A stretch of 64,000 bases of DNA from Marsupella aquatica (Eukaryota; Plantae; Marchantiophyta): contig OZ316891.1 of NCBI GenBank assembly GCA_973895155.1, positions 7,929,808-7,993,807 of the forward strand. The letters run 5' to 3'. The notes under the pieces were generated by a model. That model worked only from the letters and a program-made list of their open reading frames with translations, was not told the DNA's origin and did not search any database. The translations under genes were made by a program, and so were the position numbers. This document shows, piece after piece, positions 38,401-51,176 of this stretch (its first letter is position 1; the number at the start of each line of letters is the position of its first letter).

Positions 38401-39626
38401 AAGCCTGACAAGTGCAGCCCAGGTACGTATCATATGTTGCCTAACCTGGGATAATGGTGCACCTTCAAGTTTGAGAATCTTGAGATACAATGCAGAATGC
38501 GAAGTAGTCAGGCAATTCTGAGAAATTCATCGTATACAAACCTCGTAAGACTTGCATTTCCCAAGTCATTAATTGCTGGAGCCAATTCTCACGGGTGATT
38601 GTCCAACCATAGCAATTGTTTGTTGCTTCAGTCAATTAAATTGGGTTGCATATTATGTGCGCGAAAGTCAGAAACGGTATTAAATTCATGTCCACTTTGA
38701 CTGATAGTATGCGGTGTCCGGACCTCATCTTGAAAATGACAACTCATGATTTTTGCAAAGTAAACTTACTGTGACTTATGTATGTTCAGGCCCAGGAGCC
38801 CTGATGCTTCAGGGATCCATGGTAAGTACAAAGCTCTGAAACCGTTTCTTGTCTCTTCGGACAACACAATCACAAGTACCTCGTTCATTGCACCATTTTG
38901 CTCTTTGGTAAACAATCTAATGTGACATTAAAAGCCTACGGGCAAGAAATCCTGAGAGAAATTGTCGATAAATTAAAACTAATTTAACGTTGAAAGTTCA
39001 CTCGTAAGACAGCCTCAAAAGAAATTGTAGATATACTAAAAGCAATTAACGAAACATGCAATCCGTCATGTAGGGTGACCAAGAAAAATCACAAAAAACC
39101 AATCCCAAATACTGCCGATTTGGTAGAGAACCGCGATTCAGGAATATCAAGCAAACACCTGGCCCAGGTCATTATGATTACTGAAGACAAAAAATACAGC
39201 AATTTCCTAAAACCCAACGATTCTCACTAAGAGTCAAATTTCATTGCACGATTCAAGTCGAGAAGCAGAGTATCAAGATTTCCCAAGAGTGATGCAGCTG
39301 TGAGTTGCAAACTACTGATGATCGTGTCGGGTAGATGCTCTGTGCAAAATAGACGTACAAAATGCCGCAAGTAAAACATTTCCGTTGTAGTTTAAGCTGT
39401 CTAACTGCAAAGCATTCTTAGCATTTAATGAACCAATAAAAGCTGCAAATTTCAGCAAGATGTGACCACTTTCAGGAGAAAACCACAAAAGAACGACATG
39501 TTCATTCAAGTTAAGATGTGGCCATGGCAGAGGACGTGAAATGGCAATCGAATAGCAGAGGGCCATTGGACCACTTCCATTATGTGATAAACTATAACAT
39601 CAAGTATAAAAATTTCAATTCTCTTC

Positions 39627-42014
39627 TCAGAGCACTTGAGACTGAGACTCAAAAGGAAGTTCTACAACAGTTGCATTTCCATAGAACTCCTCCAAATTAT
39701 AAAAGGAACGCTCTTTTGGGTAAAATATATGAACCACCACGTCCCCTGTTCAACAGCCAGAGAACCAACAACTATATTAGAGAGTTACTAATCCCCAATT
39801 GGGTCACTTTGTGAACTGACCAACTCACCTCCTAACTTGTTCGCTAACGTGGCCAATATTCCCAATGGACCAAATCGCAAATCAATGTCATTTGCCCATG
39901 GTTAGAACTGTACAGGAGATTTGAGCAGCATCTCAAATCAAGACGCTGTTCCTTTGTTCAGCTTCAATTCAAGTAAAAAGCCAGTAGCTAGCAAAGACTG
40001 TGAACTTACCGAAGTCTAGCAATGTCCACGCGTTGGGTTTCAAGTCGCCCTTAGGGGTTCTTTTGAAGCGCTCTTCGGCCATATTCCGCATCCTTTGTCT
40101 GGAAACATAATAAGTCTCAGTTATAGAAGTAATCCCACTGGCATCACCAAACTCAAATATCCGCGTTTTCTAGGAACCTCAGCCTCGGCTCGGAAGAGAG
40201 GCTATTTCAAAACTGTTGTTAGGCTCATGAACTTAGCTAAGCCACGATTCCACATTGATGTCCATTGTGAGAAGCACGGTAAAAAAAGGGAGGGTGGAAG
40301 TTCAACGCCAACCTTTCATATTATGTTTCCCATCATAATTATTTATAAATGAAAACTCAAAACAGGGAGGGAAGGCCAACCTACCCAATTGCATCCACTT
40401 GAGGTCGTGAAAACCCTGTTGCAATCACAAAAAAGCGTGTCCAATACACCAACGGCTTCACACAAAGGACCCGAATCTCACTGGCCTTGACGTCATTTGC
40501 AACTCCCGCCAAGGCTACGGCCACTGAGATAACAATAATAATAAGCTACAAGTCAGCTCCCTCACACTCTTCCTAATGACATCCAGAAGACTTTCCGTCT
40601 TGGAAGAAAATCGTCAGTGCTAGCCATTTCCTTTGGCCCCCTCGTCACCAACCTAAGCCTACTCCTGATCTATTTAGACTACCTCTTTCCTCAGAGTACC
40701 ACAACCCTATAAATCAAAATCGGACAATGTTACAGGATCAACGAGGGACAGTGCACCTACAATATGCATTAAAACAGAAAGAACTGTCGTCAAGGTATGT
40801 CTCACATTCTAAGCTTTCCGCGTCGTCATCCACTTCAGAGGAAGTCGGTGCAGGTACAGATTCTTCCCGCACAACCACACCATAGGTTTCGAAAAGGTCC
40901 TCAAGCTCCTCATTGTCCAGATCCTCTATGTCCAAATCCGGTTCCAGACCTAGTGAGGGCTCTAGAGGAACAGCAGTTTCTTCCTTCCTTTCGTCCCCCT
41001 GTATGTCCACAGGGACAAATGCCGATTCCTTCGTTCCTTCAGCCCGTCTGTCTGTCTGTCCACAGGGACAAATGTCGGGTGACTCAGGGAAGAACAGGGT
41101 GCCATGCTAACTGTGCCAGGACTTACATAGCATGCGTGATAAGGCACAATGTTCTGATAAGAGGCTCATAAGGGGCTACAAGCTTAAGTCTGAATAAAAT
41201 AGCATATGTGATATTGCACAAGAAGAGACAGCAAGGTAGACAAACTTCTCAGATAGTCAAGTCAATCAATGCTGCCGAAACAAATGGCAAGGAAAGAAAA
41301 ATGACCCTCAGCTCCTACATGGTTGCAATGAAATACTCCAGAAGTAGAGCCCGGAACTCCGACCAACAACAGAATATTTACCGACCCAAACGCCACAATA
41401 CGACTACCTCAACCCACACCACATAAGTTCCACTCACTTCTTGGGACGGAAACTATGGAAGAAAACTAACATGCTATGCTCCCATTCCTTTTAGATCGTC
41501 GACTCTCAAGTGAAAACAGGACTAATTCTACGTGGACACCTCCACACCACAGTCTCGAGAGACATACACCGGACCAGAGTTCTAACTCTGCAGCTTCCAA
41601 GGTCTGTCACCGTTTCTATATCAACAACACTGTTCACAGTCTCACAAAGAACAATCGGACAGCCAATTTCTAGGATACAGTACGCACGGCCCAACACAGA
41701 TTGCAGATAGGTAGCAAAAAAGATACCTTTTCTGCTGGAAAAAGCCGTAGACGCCATACATTCAAAATCAAGCATTATTGTCACGCAGACCACAGAGCAT
41801 TCTCTTGAATGACCACTTCTACTAAAATAGATAAGAACACCGGAAACCCACCTGAACTGGAACAAATGGGGGAACGGCACCAAACAGTCTTCGAGTCTCT
41901 CAAAGAGCACTGGCTATGGCCTCCGGTCGAGATCCACCCTCGGGTTGTAGCTGTCCGCCGTGCAGCAACGGATCCCAGAGCAGCACCGAAGATGGTAGCT
42001 GAAACTGCGGCCAT
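39627..42014 (-). CDS. Plastid Iojap / ribosomal silencing factor RsfS homolog (multi-exon)
   Basis: Transit-peptide-like exon MAAVSATIFGAALGSVAARR (ATG 42014), acidic exon ..DNEELEDLFETYG..EVDDDAESLE, then AVALAGVANDVKASEIRVLCVKPLVYWTRFFVIATGFSRPQVDAIG (~40522-40386), RMRNMAEERFKRTPKGDLKPNAWTLLDF|G (~40097-40010), and DVVVHIFYPKERSFYNLEEFYGNATVVELPFESQSQVL* (stop 39627). The 5' internal exon junctions are not fully resolved. Confidence 0.92.
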
Positions 42015-43923
42015 CTCCACCAAAAACAACGACAGCTCCAACCAATTGAGACCAGAGTCGCAACTCCTGCTTTGCTCTCCTCTGCTCTGCTCTGCTCTAC
42101 TCTGCTCCGAATCCAAAACCTCGCTTCTCGGCCGATTCTCTTGCTACAGTCCTACTGTACGCTAAACCTCACCCAGCAAGCACATTCCGCGGGTTCCTCT
42201 CGTGCAACTAAGATATTATTCTTCGTCCAGCTACCGATGTACAGCAGGTGTTGTTTCCTCCGCTGCGTGCAAACTGAAAAGCCTGGATGGTCCAGCTCCA
42301 GAGTAAACTGCATAGGAGGGTCATAAAGAGGAGTTCACTTAGTAAAATCAACAGCCAATAGAGGTAATAAGAACCCTAAAAGCCAAACCCATTGTGACAA
42401 TTTCAGAGCTTCAAAGAGTAACAAAAAGCATAGATATAGATACCATACATAAATACCTGTGTGTTAGTTCATCTAAAACATAGATGTTAATTTGATAGCG
42501 TCTGCCATTGGTTAGGCTAGGATAGTTTTCTTGCATTAAGAACTTATTGTCTACATTAGCAAGAGATGGAATAGTTTAATCAAACATAAATGTTGTCAAA
42601 AAATGTTTTAGATCCTACATCCTACAATTGGTGAAAGTAAGGCAAAGTAACATCATTAACAAACAATGAGTTCTCCACATTAGACAATAGAGGCAAGCAA
42701 AATTGTTGTCAAGCAAAAAAGTTGTCAAGTAGAATTATTGATGAACAAAAGTGTTGTTAGCATTAACAGTTGATCAAAGGGAAAGAGTGCATGCAAAAAG
42801 GATTTCATGACTTTTGGAGATGGGAGAGAAATGAAAGTTGAATACAAAACAATGAAGATTGTTATCCATATTGAACATTGGGGTCCAAGAAGAGAGGAAA
42901 AAACACAAAAGTCAGCTTCTATTGCCTTGTGCCCGGTGTTATCCATGCGGATTATTGGCAGTAAAATAAAATAAAATAAAATAAAGTGTGAAAACACATA
43001 GAATTTTGTGCTAGAAAGTTGTTGAAGAGCGAGGGTTATTGCCTCTGCACCTTGTTACAAAATCCACACGATAAATTAGAAAATGTACATCATTAAAATT
43101 AAAAACCACATTGGAGTGAATCTTGTATCCCTTGCTCTTAATTAATGCTTTTATAAATACTTTTACTTGTCCTTTCCTTTCTATTAATGACATTGTTTTC
43201 TAACATGTGCAGTTTTGCTATTTTCTATCCTAGTATACTTCTTAATTGGAGATCGAATCATCCCCCAAAAACTACTTTTTATGGGTCCAGTTAGAGACTC
43301 TTGCAAATTTTAAAATTCCGAGAAAATTTCATGTCAAGAATTAATTCATATCCGTTGGACTTTACTTATCAATGGTGGAGATTGTGCAACGTGCCTTAAC
43401 ACTTGTGTGACGGTTGAAGACACTCGTGTGGCAAGTGTGAAGAAAAAGTCTGGTTTATTTGTAGGAATGATAACATTATTTGATACCAAATTTAAATAGA
43501 AACTTGGATAGTACTTCGGGCAATAAAATAAGACAACAAGTCAATTTTAACCATTGATGTTTATTGATCAATGATGAGAATTGTGAAACACGGATTGATG
43601 CACAATAAATTCACTTGTGTAATTGTCATGCATGTGAGAATGGAAACACGTGCAAGAATGGTGACGCATGTCAAATATATGTTAGTTGTGTGTCACTCAA
43701 AAACTGGTAAAAAGTAATTAAATATGTGCCACTATTATGGGGCAACCGAGTTGAAGCCAAAATCCACTTGGATCTCTAAAAAAATTCAATTATTTTTTAC
43801 TGTTGTACTCAACCAAATGGGCTGAAAATTTTCTACAAGATGAAGGAAAGCAAGGGGAATCTATAGGGGAAGCTACAGTTTGAGTTCTCCAATTCATGAG
43901 TTAAAAATGAATTGATGTTCCAA

Positions 43924-44002
43924 ATTGGCTTACAGTAATTTTGGCTTACCTAAGTAATTTTGGCTTACCTAATTTTGGCTTACAGTAATTGGCTTACCTA
44001 AG
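43924..44002. repeat. Short tandem repeats of TTGGCTTAC(A/C)
   Basis: TTGGCTTACAGTAAT / TTGGCTTACCTAAGT occurs about five times. Confidence 0.85.
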
Positions 44003-44134
44003 TGGACTAAGTCAAAGCCACGTTCATAATTTAGGTCATGTCTATGCATTTTTAATTATGAAAAAATGGTGATCAAAAATATGTTCAGATGATGTTAATT
44101 TAATGGAATGGGAATTTTGAAACGTTTCCTGTAC

Positions 44135-44400
44135 CTTATCAAATGATTTTAAAGTTACCATTGGGGTCAAACAGTACAACAACCCTTGCGGATGTGTGCA
44201 CCAGAATGCCTTAACTTGTAAACTTATCAATTTCAAAGTTACAATTGGGGTCAAACAGTACATGGACCTTTGCTGATGTATGTACCAGAATATCTTAACT
44301 TGTAATAAACTTCATTAATTTTCAAAGTTACAATTGGGGTCAAACAGTACACCAACCCTTGCGGATGTGTGAACTAGAATGCCTTAACTTGTAACCTTAT
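44135..44400. repeat. ~88-92-bp tandem triplication
   Basis: TCAAAGTTACAATTGGGGTCAAACAGTACA..ACCCTTGCGGATGTGTG..CCAGAATGCCTTAACTTGTAA occurs three times. Fragments recur at ~44860 and ~45110. Confidence 0.9.
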
Positions 44401-47259
44401 TGTCGACTGGCTCCCTGGATGGTTTCTCGGCTTGGTGTGCTTGCTTTGCATGTCTCTCTTGTGCTTTTCATGGCTTATTGGTGGCTGTGGTCACGGTCTT
44501 CCGCATTCTGGAGGCTCTCCTTCACTCTCTTTTCTGCCTCCTTCCCCTTAGGCGGATTGGTCTGGTGTTGCCCCCCCCCCCCCCCCCACCTTTTCCCCCT
44601 CTTTTGACTCTCTCCTTCGTCTAGCAGTCTTTGGTCTGCTTCTTTCAGCTCCCTTCCCCTAAACAGAAGCTAGAGTTGGGGTATAGGCTTCTAGAGCTAG
44701 ACCTTGACTCTAAATCACTCTAGGGTGACTCTAAAGTACTCTAGGGCCCCACCTAAATTTGCAGATGGAAATAAGGATGCATGATGATGATCATTACTAT
44801 TAACATTCATTCAAAATTATTATCAACATTCACAGAAAGAAAAAATAAAGTACACTTGTGAATGTGTGCACCATGATTCCTTAACTTGTAATTTTGATTT
44901 TTAACGTAATGGTTAAAAGAAGTATTAAATGTTGATCTTGTTTCTGCTATTTCTATTGGAAAAGGAACAAAAGGAAATAACTCTCAAGCTTAAGTTTTCT
45001 TATGCTTTTCTTTGTAGCAAAGCTCCTGAGATAGAGTATTAGTGTTTACATTTTCTTTATTTGTTAAGATTTGAGAAAACATTTACAAGTCAGATATGAA
45101 GCTCCAATTTTCTGGTCAAACAGTACACTAAGTTTAGACCTGAATATCATAATGTTGGAAATTAGAACTTTATACTTTCTTTTATTCACAAATAATTATC
45201 ACAAATCAATATTCTAGAGGTGAAATCTTGGAACTGCATAAATGTTTGATATTGGTTTATCACACAAAAATATTAGCAATCACAACTGTTAACTAGATAG
45301 AGAGAAGAGAAAGAAATCAAACCTGTATTTCAAGTGTTGTAATAAAGTTGAGTTTGCTATTGATTGTCAAATAATTTGTTAACTCTCCCAAGCTTCTCTA
45401 GCAACCAAGAATAAAATGTGCATCTCAAGACAGGGTCAAGAGTGGGCTCAAGAATTGAATTGAAAGTACATTGAGCCAATTCACAACTAATATAATCCAT
45501 ACAAATTGTAATCATCAAACAAAACATGCAATCATACACACCTACCTGGTCACACAATGAGAGCCCTACAAAAAATACTCTACCACTTGATGTCTGCCTC
45601 CAAGCTTGAAATTTTAAATTCATTATCTCCACAATGACAAAGTACTCGATGTGCTTATTGTAACAATAGATTCACTTTTTGAAATATCTTGGAACTCAGC
45701 AGTGGAAAAAGTACTTGAAGTGCTCTTTGTGACAAGAGCAACGCTCTCTAGAAAATAAAAGTTTCAACAATATTCCTTTAGATTTAAATCCAAGGTAGCT
45801 TTGCAACAACAAAATAAGTCAAAATCCTCCTTAACACAAGAGCGACATTCTAAGAAAATAAGATTACGTACAAATGTTTACGTACCCCCATGAGAGGTCC
45901 CTTGCAAATTCCCTGCCACCTCATCAGCACAACTAGCCACAAACAGGACAGATCATCATATTTTTGACAGTAACAAAAGTGCAGATTCATGTTTGTGGCA
46001 AGAGTAACGTAATTTTTGGGGCACCATGCCGTAAGTATTAAGCGTAAAAAAACTAGAATACAAAGGAAGAGATGTCATTTGGTAATATAAAGTTATCATT
46101 CTGATGTTTGTCAATGATATATCAGTGTTTTAAATCAAAATTCTTGTATTTTTTAATTGCTTGCAAGTTTGAAAAAATAACCAATCCATAGAAATGTACA
46201 TAGTTAGGACCCCTTTGGCTCGTATTGTCTTGATAAAATCTCTCAATGTCACACTCATTGGAAAACTAAAGTAAAATTAGAACTCATCATCTCTGAGCAC
46301 AGGTTGACGCCAAATGCAACCTCCATGTCAAAGAAACAATCGCTGGTCTCCCCCTCACACCATAGCTTTCTTAAATTAAAAAAAACTACAAAACCTTCAT
46401 GTGAAGTGATGGCTCGTCCATTTTGTGCGTTCTTCCCACCGAAACGACAAACGCTCTTTCGCCAACAGCTAAGTGTTGTCCTTCAGCCTGTCTTGTGGCG
46501 GTAATGCTCAATGTAACTCACAAACGATCAATCAAGATTGGTAGAAACACGATTTCTCCAATGTGTAAGCAAAAACCGTCAAAAAACTCAATTCCTCCAT
46601 CTTCAACCTTCCGTTTGATAAGCCAAAGAGATCATCTCAACCAGATCGATCTCCTTCATCTTTTGAGCGTTCTCTTTTGTACGAGCACACGCCAAGAGCA
46701 CCGGGAGACTCAAAACCATTGATTATTGTCTTGTTGAAATTGATTTCACTTCATCACACACACATTCCTTGGATGAACATGGGGGTCCACGGATTAATTT
46801 TCAAATTCAAACTTCCTTTAATGGCAAAATCACTACAATCCAAGAACAAGAGCAATGTTTTATAAAAATCAAGATTTCTTCCCTAATTACAAACCCCCAT
46901 GAGAAGCTTCTTTCAAAATTTCTAGCACCACGTTGAGCCACATCATCAGTTTTACTCACAAACAGGAACAATGATGTTTTAACAAGGAGCAAACACAACA
47001 ATTTGTGTCTGATTCAAGGCAAGAAAAAACAGTTATACCCAATAATAGTAAAAAGATAAAAAAGGGTAAATTCTAGAACAACAAACAATTAGGTAAAACA
47101 AAGTTATCATTTTGATGACTTGTCAATGATGTATACATATTTTACATTAAAATGCTTGTATGTTTTAATTATTTTACAAGTTTGGAAAAACCAATGGACA
47201 AAAATGTAAATAATTAGAACCCCTTTGGCTCCACATTGTAAAATTAAATAATCAATCGT

Positions 47260-47930
47260 CTTAATACTTGATGAAATCTGTCAATGTTAGATTCATTAGA
47301 AAGCTCGAGAGATTTAAAAACTAATGACCTCTGTAGTACTGTCTTGAGAAAATCTCTCAATATCACACTCATTGGAAAGCTAAAGAAAATTAGTATTTCA
47401 TAATCTCCTTAGTACTTGACAAAATCTATCAATGTTAGCTTCATTGGAAAGCTAAAGAAATTGAAAAACTCATCATCTCCTTAGTACTTGACAAACTCTT
47501 TCAATGTTACGTTCATTGGAAAGCTAGAGAAATTTAGAAACTCATGATCTCTCTAGTACTCAACAAATACTCTCAATGTCATACATTAGAAAGCTAGAGA
47601 GATTAAAAACCTCATGCTCGCTTTAGTACTTGACAAAATCTGACATAAAATTTGTCAATGTCGGACTCAATATTGGAAAGCTAGAAAAATTCATGCATTC
47701 TTGATCTTTGTAGGACTTGAAAGAATTTCTTAATGTCACACTCATTGGAAAGGTAGAAAAAATTCAAAAACTCATTTGAAATTTGACAAAATTTACCAAT
47801 CTGAGTCTCATTGGCAACCTAAAGAGATTGGTAACTCATGATTTCCTTGTTACTTGACAAAATGTATCAATGTGATGCTCATTCAAAATAAACAGAAATT
47901 CAGAAAAGTATGATCTCATGTCTCACTCAG
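47260..47930. repeat. Degenerate ~70-bp satellite (about 9-10 copies); solo copy at ~46225-46292
   Basis: Unit TACTTGACAAAATCT.TCAATGT....CTCATTGGAAAGCTA.AGAAATT.A.AAACTCATGATCTC..TAG repeated. The upstream flank 47100-47232 is also similar to 46070-46222. Confidence 0.9.
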
Positions 47931-48770
47931 CTCTCAAGGAACTTTTGTACTAAACACTTAGAGGTATTTTAGAAAATCATAAGATTGAGAATGACTCTAA
48001 CATTGCCAGATTTTTCCATTACCAAGGAGATCATGGACACTCAACCCATTTGGTTCCTATAAGTTTGAGACCTTCCAGATTACCTACAATAAATTGTTGA
48101 GAGGAATGAAAAAAAAGAATCTAGAAATGACATTCCCATATTTAGAAACTAATTTCCTTGGTGTGAATTGTTCCATTGGTTCATGGTCAGAGTCTTGCTT
48201 GCTTCCCTTTTCTTTAGGGTTTTTTTGGAAGGAGCTTTCCATGGGAGCCTGTAAATAATATTCTTGAAGAAAATTTAGTTCATTTAGTTTTTTTGTCCTA
48301 ATTAAAGAAACTACTTGAAATGCTATGAGTAAATGTGAAGTGCTTAGTTCACACATAGTTTCATTGACCTAAAAGGCCAGATAAGGTGCTCAAACACTTG
48401 AAATGTACTTTTTATATTGAACTCTAAAAGCACAGTTAGAGTACTATTACAAGGGAAAGGATATTAAGAGAATAAACCCCCCAAATAAAGCGAAGCTTCC
48501 AATCAAGACTTCTCTGGTCACTAACATGATATCTTTTAGACAATCATAAGAGATGATTTGAGAGGGTTGTTTTGGACAGAATTGTAAGGAACAACATCCA
48601 AGCATATCTCTATGTATTAGTCCAATCCATCCAAGTTTGGCTTGTCCATGGGCGCTTTATGGACAAGATATGAGTTCATCAAGGCTTTAAGTTCCTCTAG
48701 TCCATGAAACTAAAAATGAAAGTACAAACAAAAAATGAGATTGGGGCAAAAATGAACAGAAAATAGCATG

Positions 48771-48999
48771 TAGTTAGATTCACAAGTCATTTTTTTCATC
48801 TGGGACCCACTTGGTGACCCCGTGCCGGAGTTATTTCACTCAAAGATCTTTAGGAGTGCGCTGCTCCCTCTACAATAGTTGAATTTAGTGTTTAGTTGTC
48901 TCCCTTGTGAGGCCTAGTCTCTATCTTGGCCCCTTTAGTGGGTCGCTCTTTTGTACATTGTCTTTTTGAATGGATTTGGATGTTTCAAGCCAAAAGAAA
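48771..48999 (+). mobile_element. 5'-truncated non-LTR retro-insertion (LINE 3' end or SINE) with 16-bp target-site duplication
   Basis: AACAGAAAATAGCATG at 48755-48770 and 49000-49015 flanks a ~230-bp insert ending in the A-rich tail CAAAAGAAA. Confidence 0.75.
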
Positions 49000-51176
49000 A
49001 ACAGAAAATAGCATGGAATCCATCCTCGCCTCTCTACAGTAGTCACTTTCAATCAAATAATGGTAAATCAGGCTAGTAAGCACTCAAGTGCAACGGGAAG
49101 CTCTGGATTGAGAGTGACCGGAGTTACAGCGCGCCGGGAGTAAACTCGATTCACTTCGTTTTACTACAGTAGTATTAATGTAGTGTAGTGTAGTGTAGTC
49201 TAGAATCTTGAGGTCGTAATCGATTCACTCACTGGAGTTGAGTTACCCGTGGTGAAAACGATCGGTGAGGTGAAATGCAATCGACACATTTGGTCACTAC
49301 GCTCGTGAGCTTTCATCGGAGAATCCGTCGCATTGACAGGTCTCGTCTCGTCTCGCATCTAAGAGACGAGACTGGACAAGACAGACGCACAGAGAGAGGA
49401 GCGAGCGAGGGCCGAGTGCCGAGGGGAGCGGCACGTTTCTGTAATGTAACGCAATGCTTTTGCGCTGGTGACCATCAGCATTTCAGTTCGCGTCGGTTGG
49501 AGCTCGATTTGAAAACTCGCATCAGCCACGAAAGACATCATTCCCAGGTGCTGTAACAAATTGTGGCGTTGTCGTTAGCCGAGTTGAGTTTTGAAAGGAG
49601 TTTAACAGGCTGGAGGTCGTTAGAGGAGTGGTCTGCACTGTAGTGCCAAGTTTTGTAATCATTCTGATCTAGTTTGAAAGGATTACGGGAGTGCTTTACT
49701 AGTGCTTTAGTGTAAGTGATGCTGTGCGTGATTGTGCTTGTGCCCGAGTCTGTTCTAATCTGTCCGAGCTTGAAAAGATTACGGGATTGCTTTCGTGCAA
49801 ATGATCTCGTGCATGTGCTTAGTTTCTGAATCAACTGGTTTAATCTCTCAGTGCAGTACATGAGTACACTTACCACGATAAACACAGCACTGTGAATGAA
49901 TGAGACACTCGAGTTTGGTGCTATTTCCCGCGCTTCCGGTTTTTCCGTCATACTTACCGATTCTGCGAGCGCGAGCTTGATACTGTGGACTGCTCCTATT
50001 TGGACCACCGCTCAGTGAGGTGCCCGCCGCATTTTGGCTTTGTCCATAGCTACATTGTTGTTACTCTGTCTACGGTTCTCCACTGTCCTGGAGTTGTACT
50101 CAAATATCGAAATGCACCAACTGTACGAGGATTGTTTCCACGGTGCAGTCTACCCTTTCCGATTCACCGTTGCATGCATATCGTCTGAAGACTACATCAA
50201 GTTTTCTCTCTCGAGCCGTGTAAGGCATGCCGTGTATGGGATGGCTCCTGAATGTTCGGTAGGCTACGTGCATTTGTGAGTTTTCCCCTGAAGTCGTCAC
50301 CACGGTGGTTCGGCCTTCTGCGTCTCTCTCTAGCTTTTCTGGCAATGTATTATTCCTTGGTTTCAGTGAGGGGCCTTCTTCGCGTTCGGAGGCCTACTCT
50401 TCCCGATTTGAATTCCCTCCCACCTCTGCGTGTCCTTTCAATCGCTTCTCCGTCGGTTGTGTTTGGGAGCAGGTGCCTCCAGCTGAATCACTGCTGGAAG
50501 ATTTTGTTTCTTTGTCGACTTTCACCTGTATTCTGTGCGCAATTCCGTCGTGAGCGGTCACTGCATTTTAATTGCGTCTTGTTCAGATTCTCGACCGTTG
50601 CGATCAACAATGCAACTTGGGTCGATTGAAATCTTGTACAGATTCTCGATGTGCAGTACAGTCACGCTCTTCCGTGGATTGGTGACTCATAGCAATCTCC
50701 AGAAGGCAGCTTTGAAGTCTTGTTCTTCTCAGTCTTTCGACTCTTTGTCCTTCGGTATTTTGAACTAATGTCTCCCCTGGCCACAGACTACTAACATTGT
50801 CCTTTTTTTCACATTTCTCTACTCCTTTACCCCTCTCTCAGCAGGTGCTAAGAGGAACAGCCATCTTATCAGGGGGGTCAAATCGAGTTTTGAAATTCGC
50901 ATTCTCGAGCATACTTAGGTGAGCCGTCCGACGCCTCAGTTGGTGGTCTAGTATGTTGTCGGGGACATTTATCGCGGTCGCAATGTCACAAGCATGAGCG
51001 AAATGACCTCAAGGTCGTGCATACGGTTTCTGCTGTAGTTCCCTCTTGAGTCTTGTCACTGCTTGCAACTGCATTTCTGTTCTTCGCTTAAATCAGTGCC
51101 GAATCTTGCAAATGTCTAGCCTCCAATCATTGCTAAACTCGTGCTTCGTTCATGATTGTTCAAGAATTCGTTCGCA

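Noticed and set aside
47260-47930. CRISPR-like appearance of the regularly spaced repeats (also 44135-44400)
   Set aside because: The whole unit is repeated with no unique spacers, there are no cas genes, and the context is eukaryotic.
49340-49372. GTCTCGTCTC...GAGACGAGAC hairpin
   Set aside because: A short low-complexity pentamer-based inverted repeat with no evidence of function.
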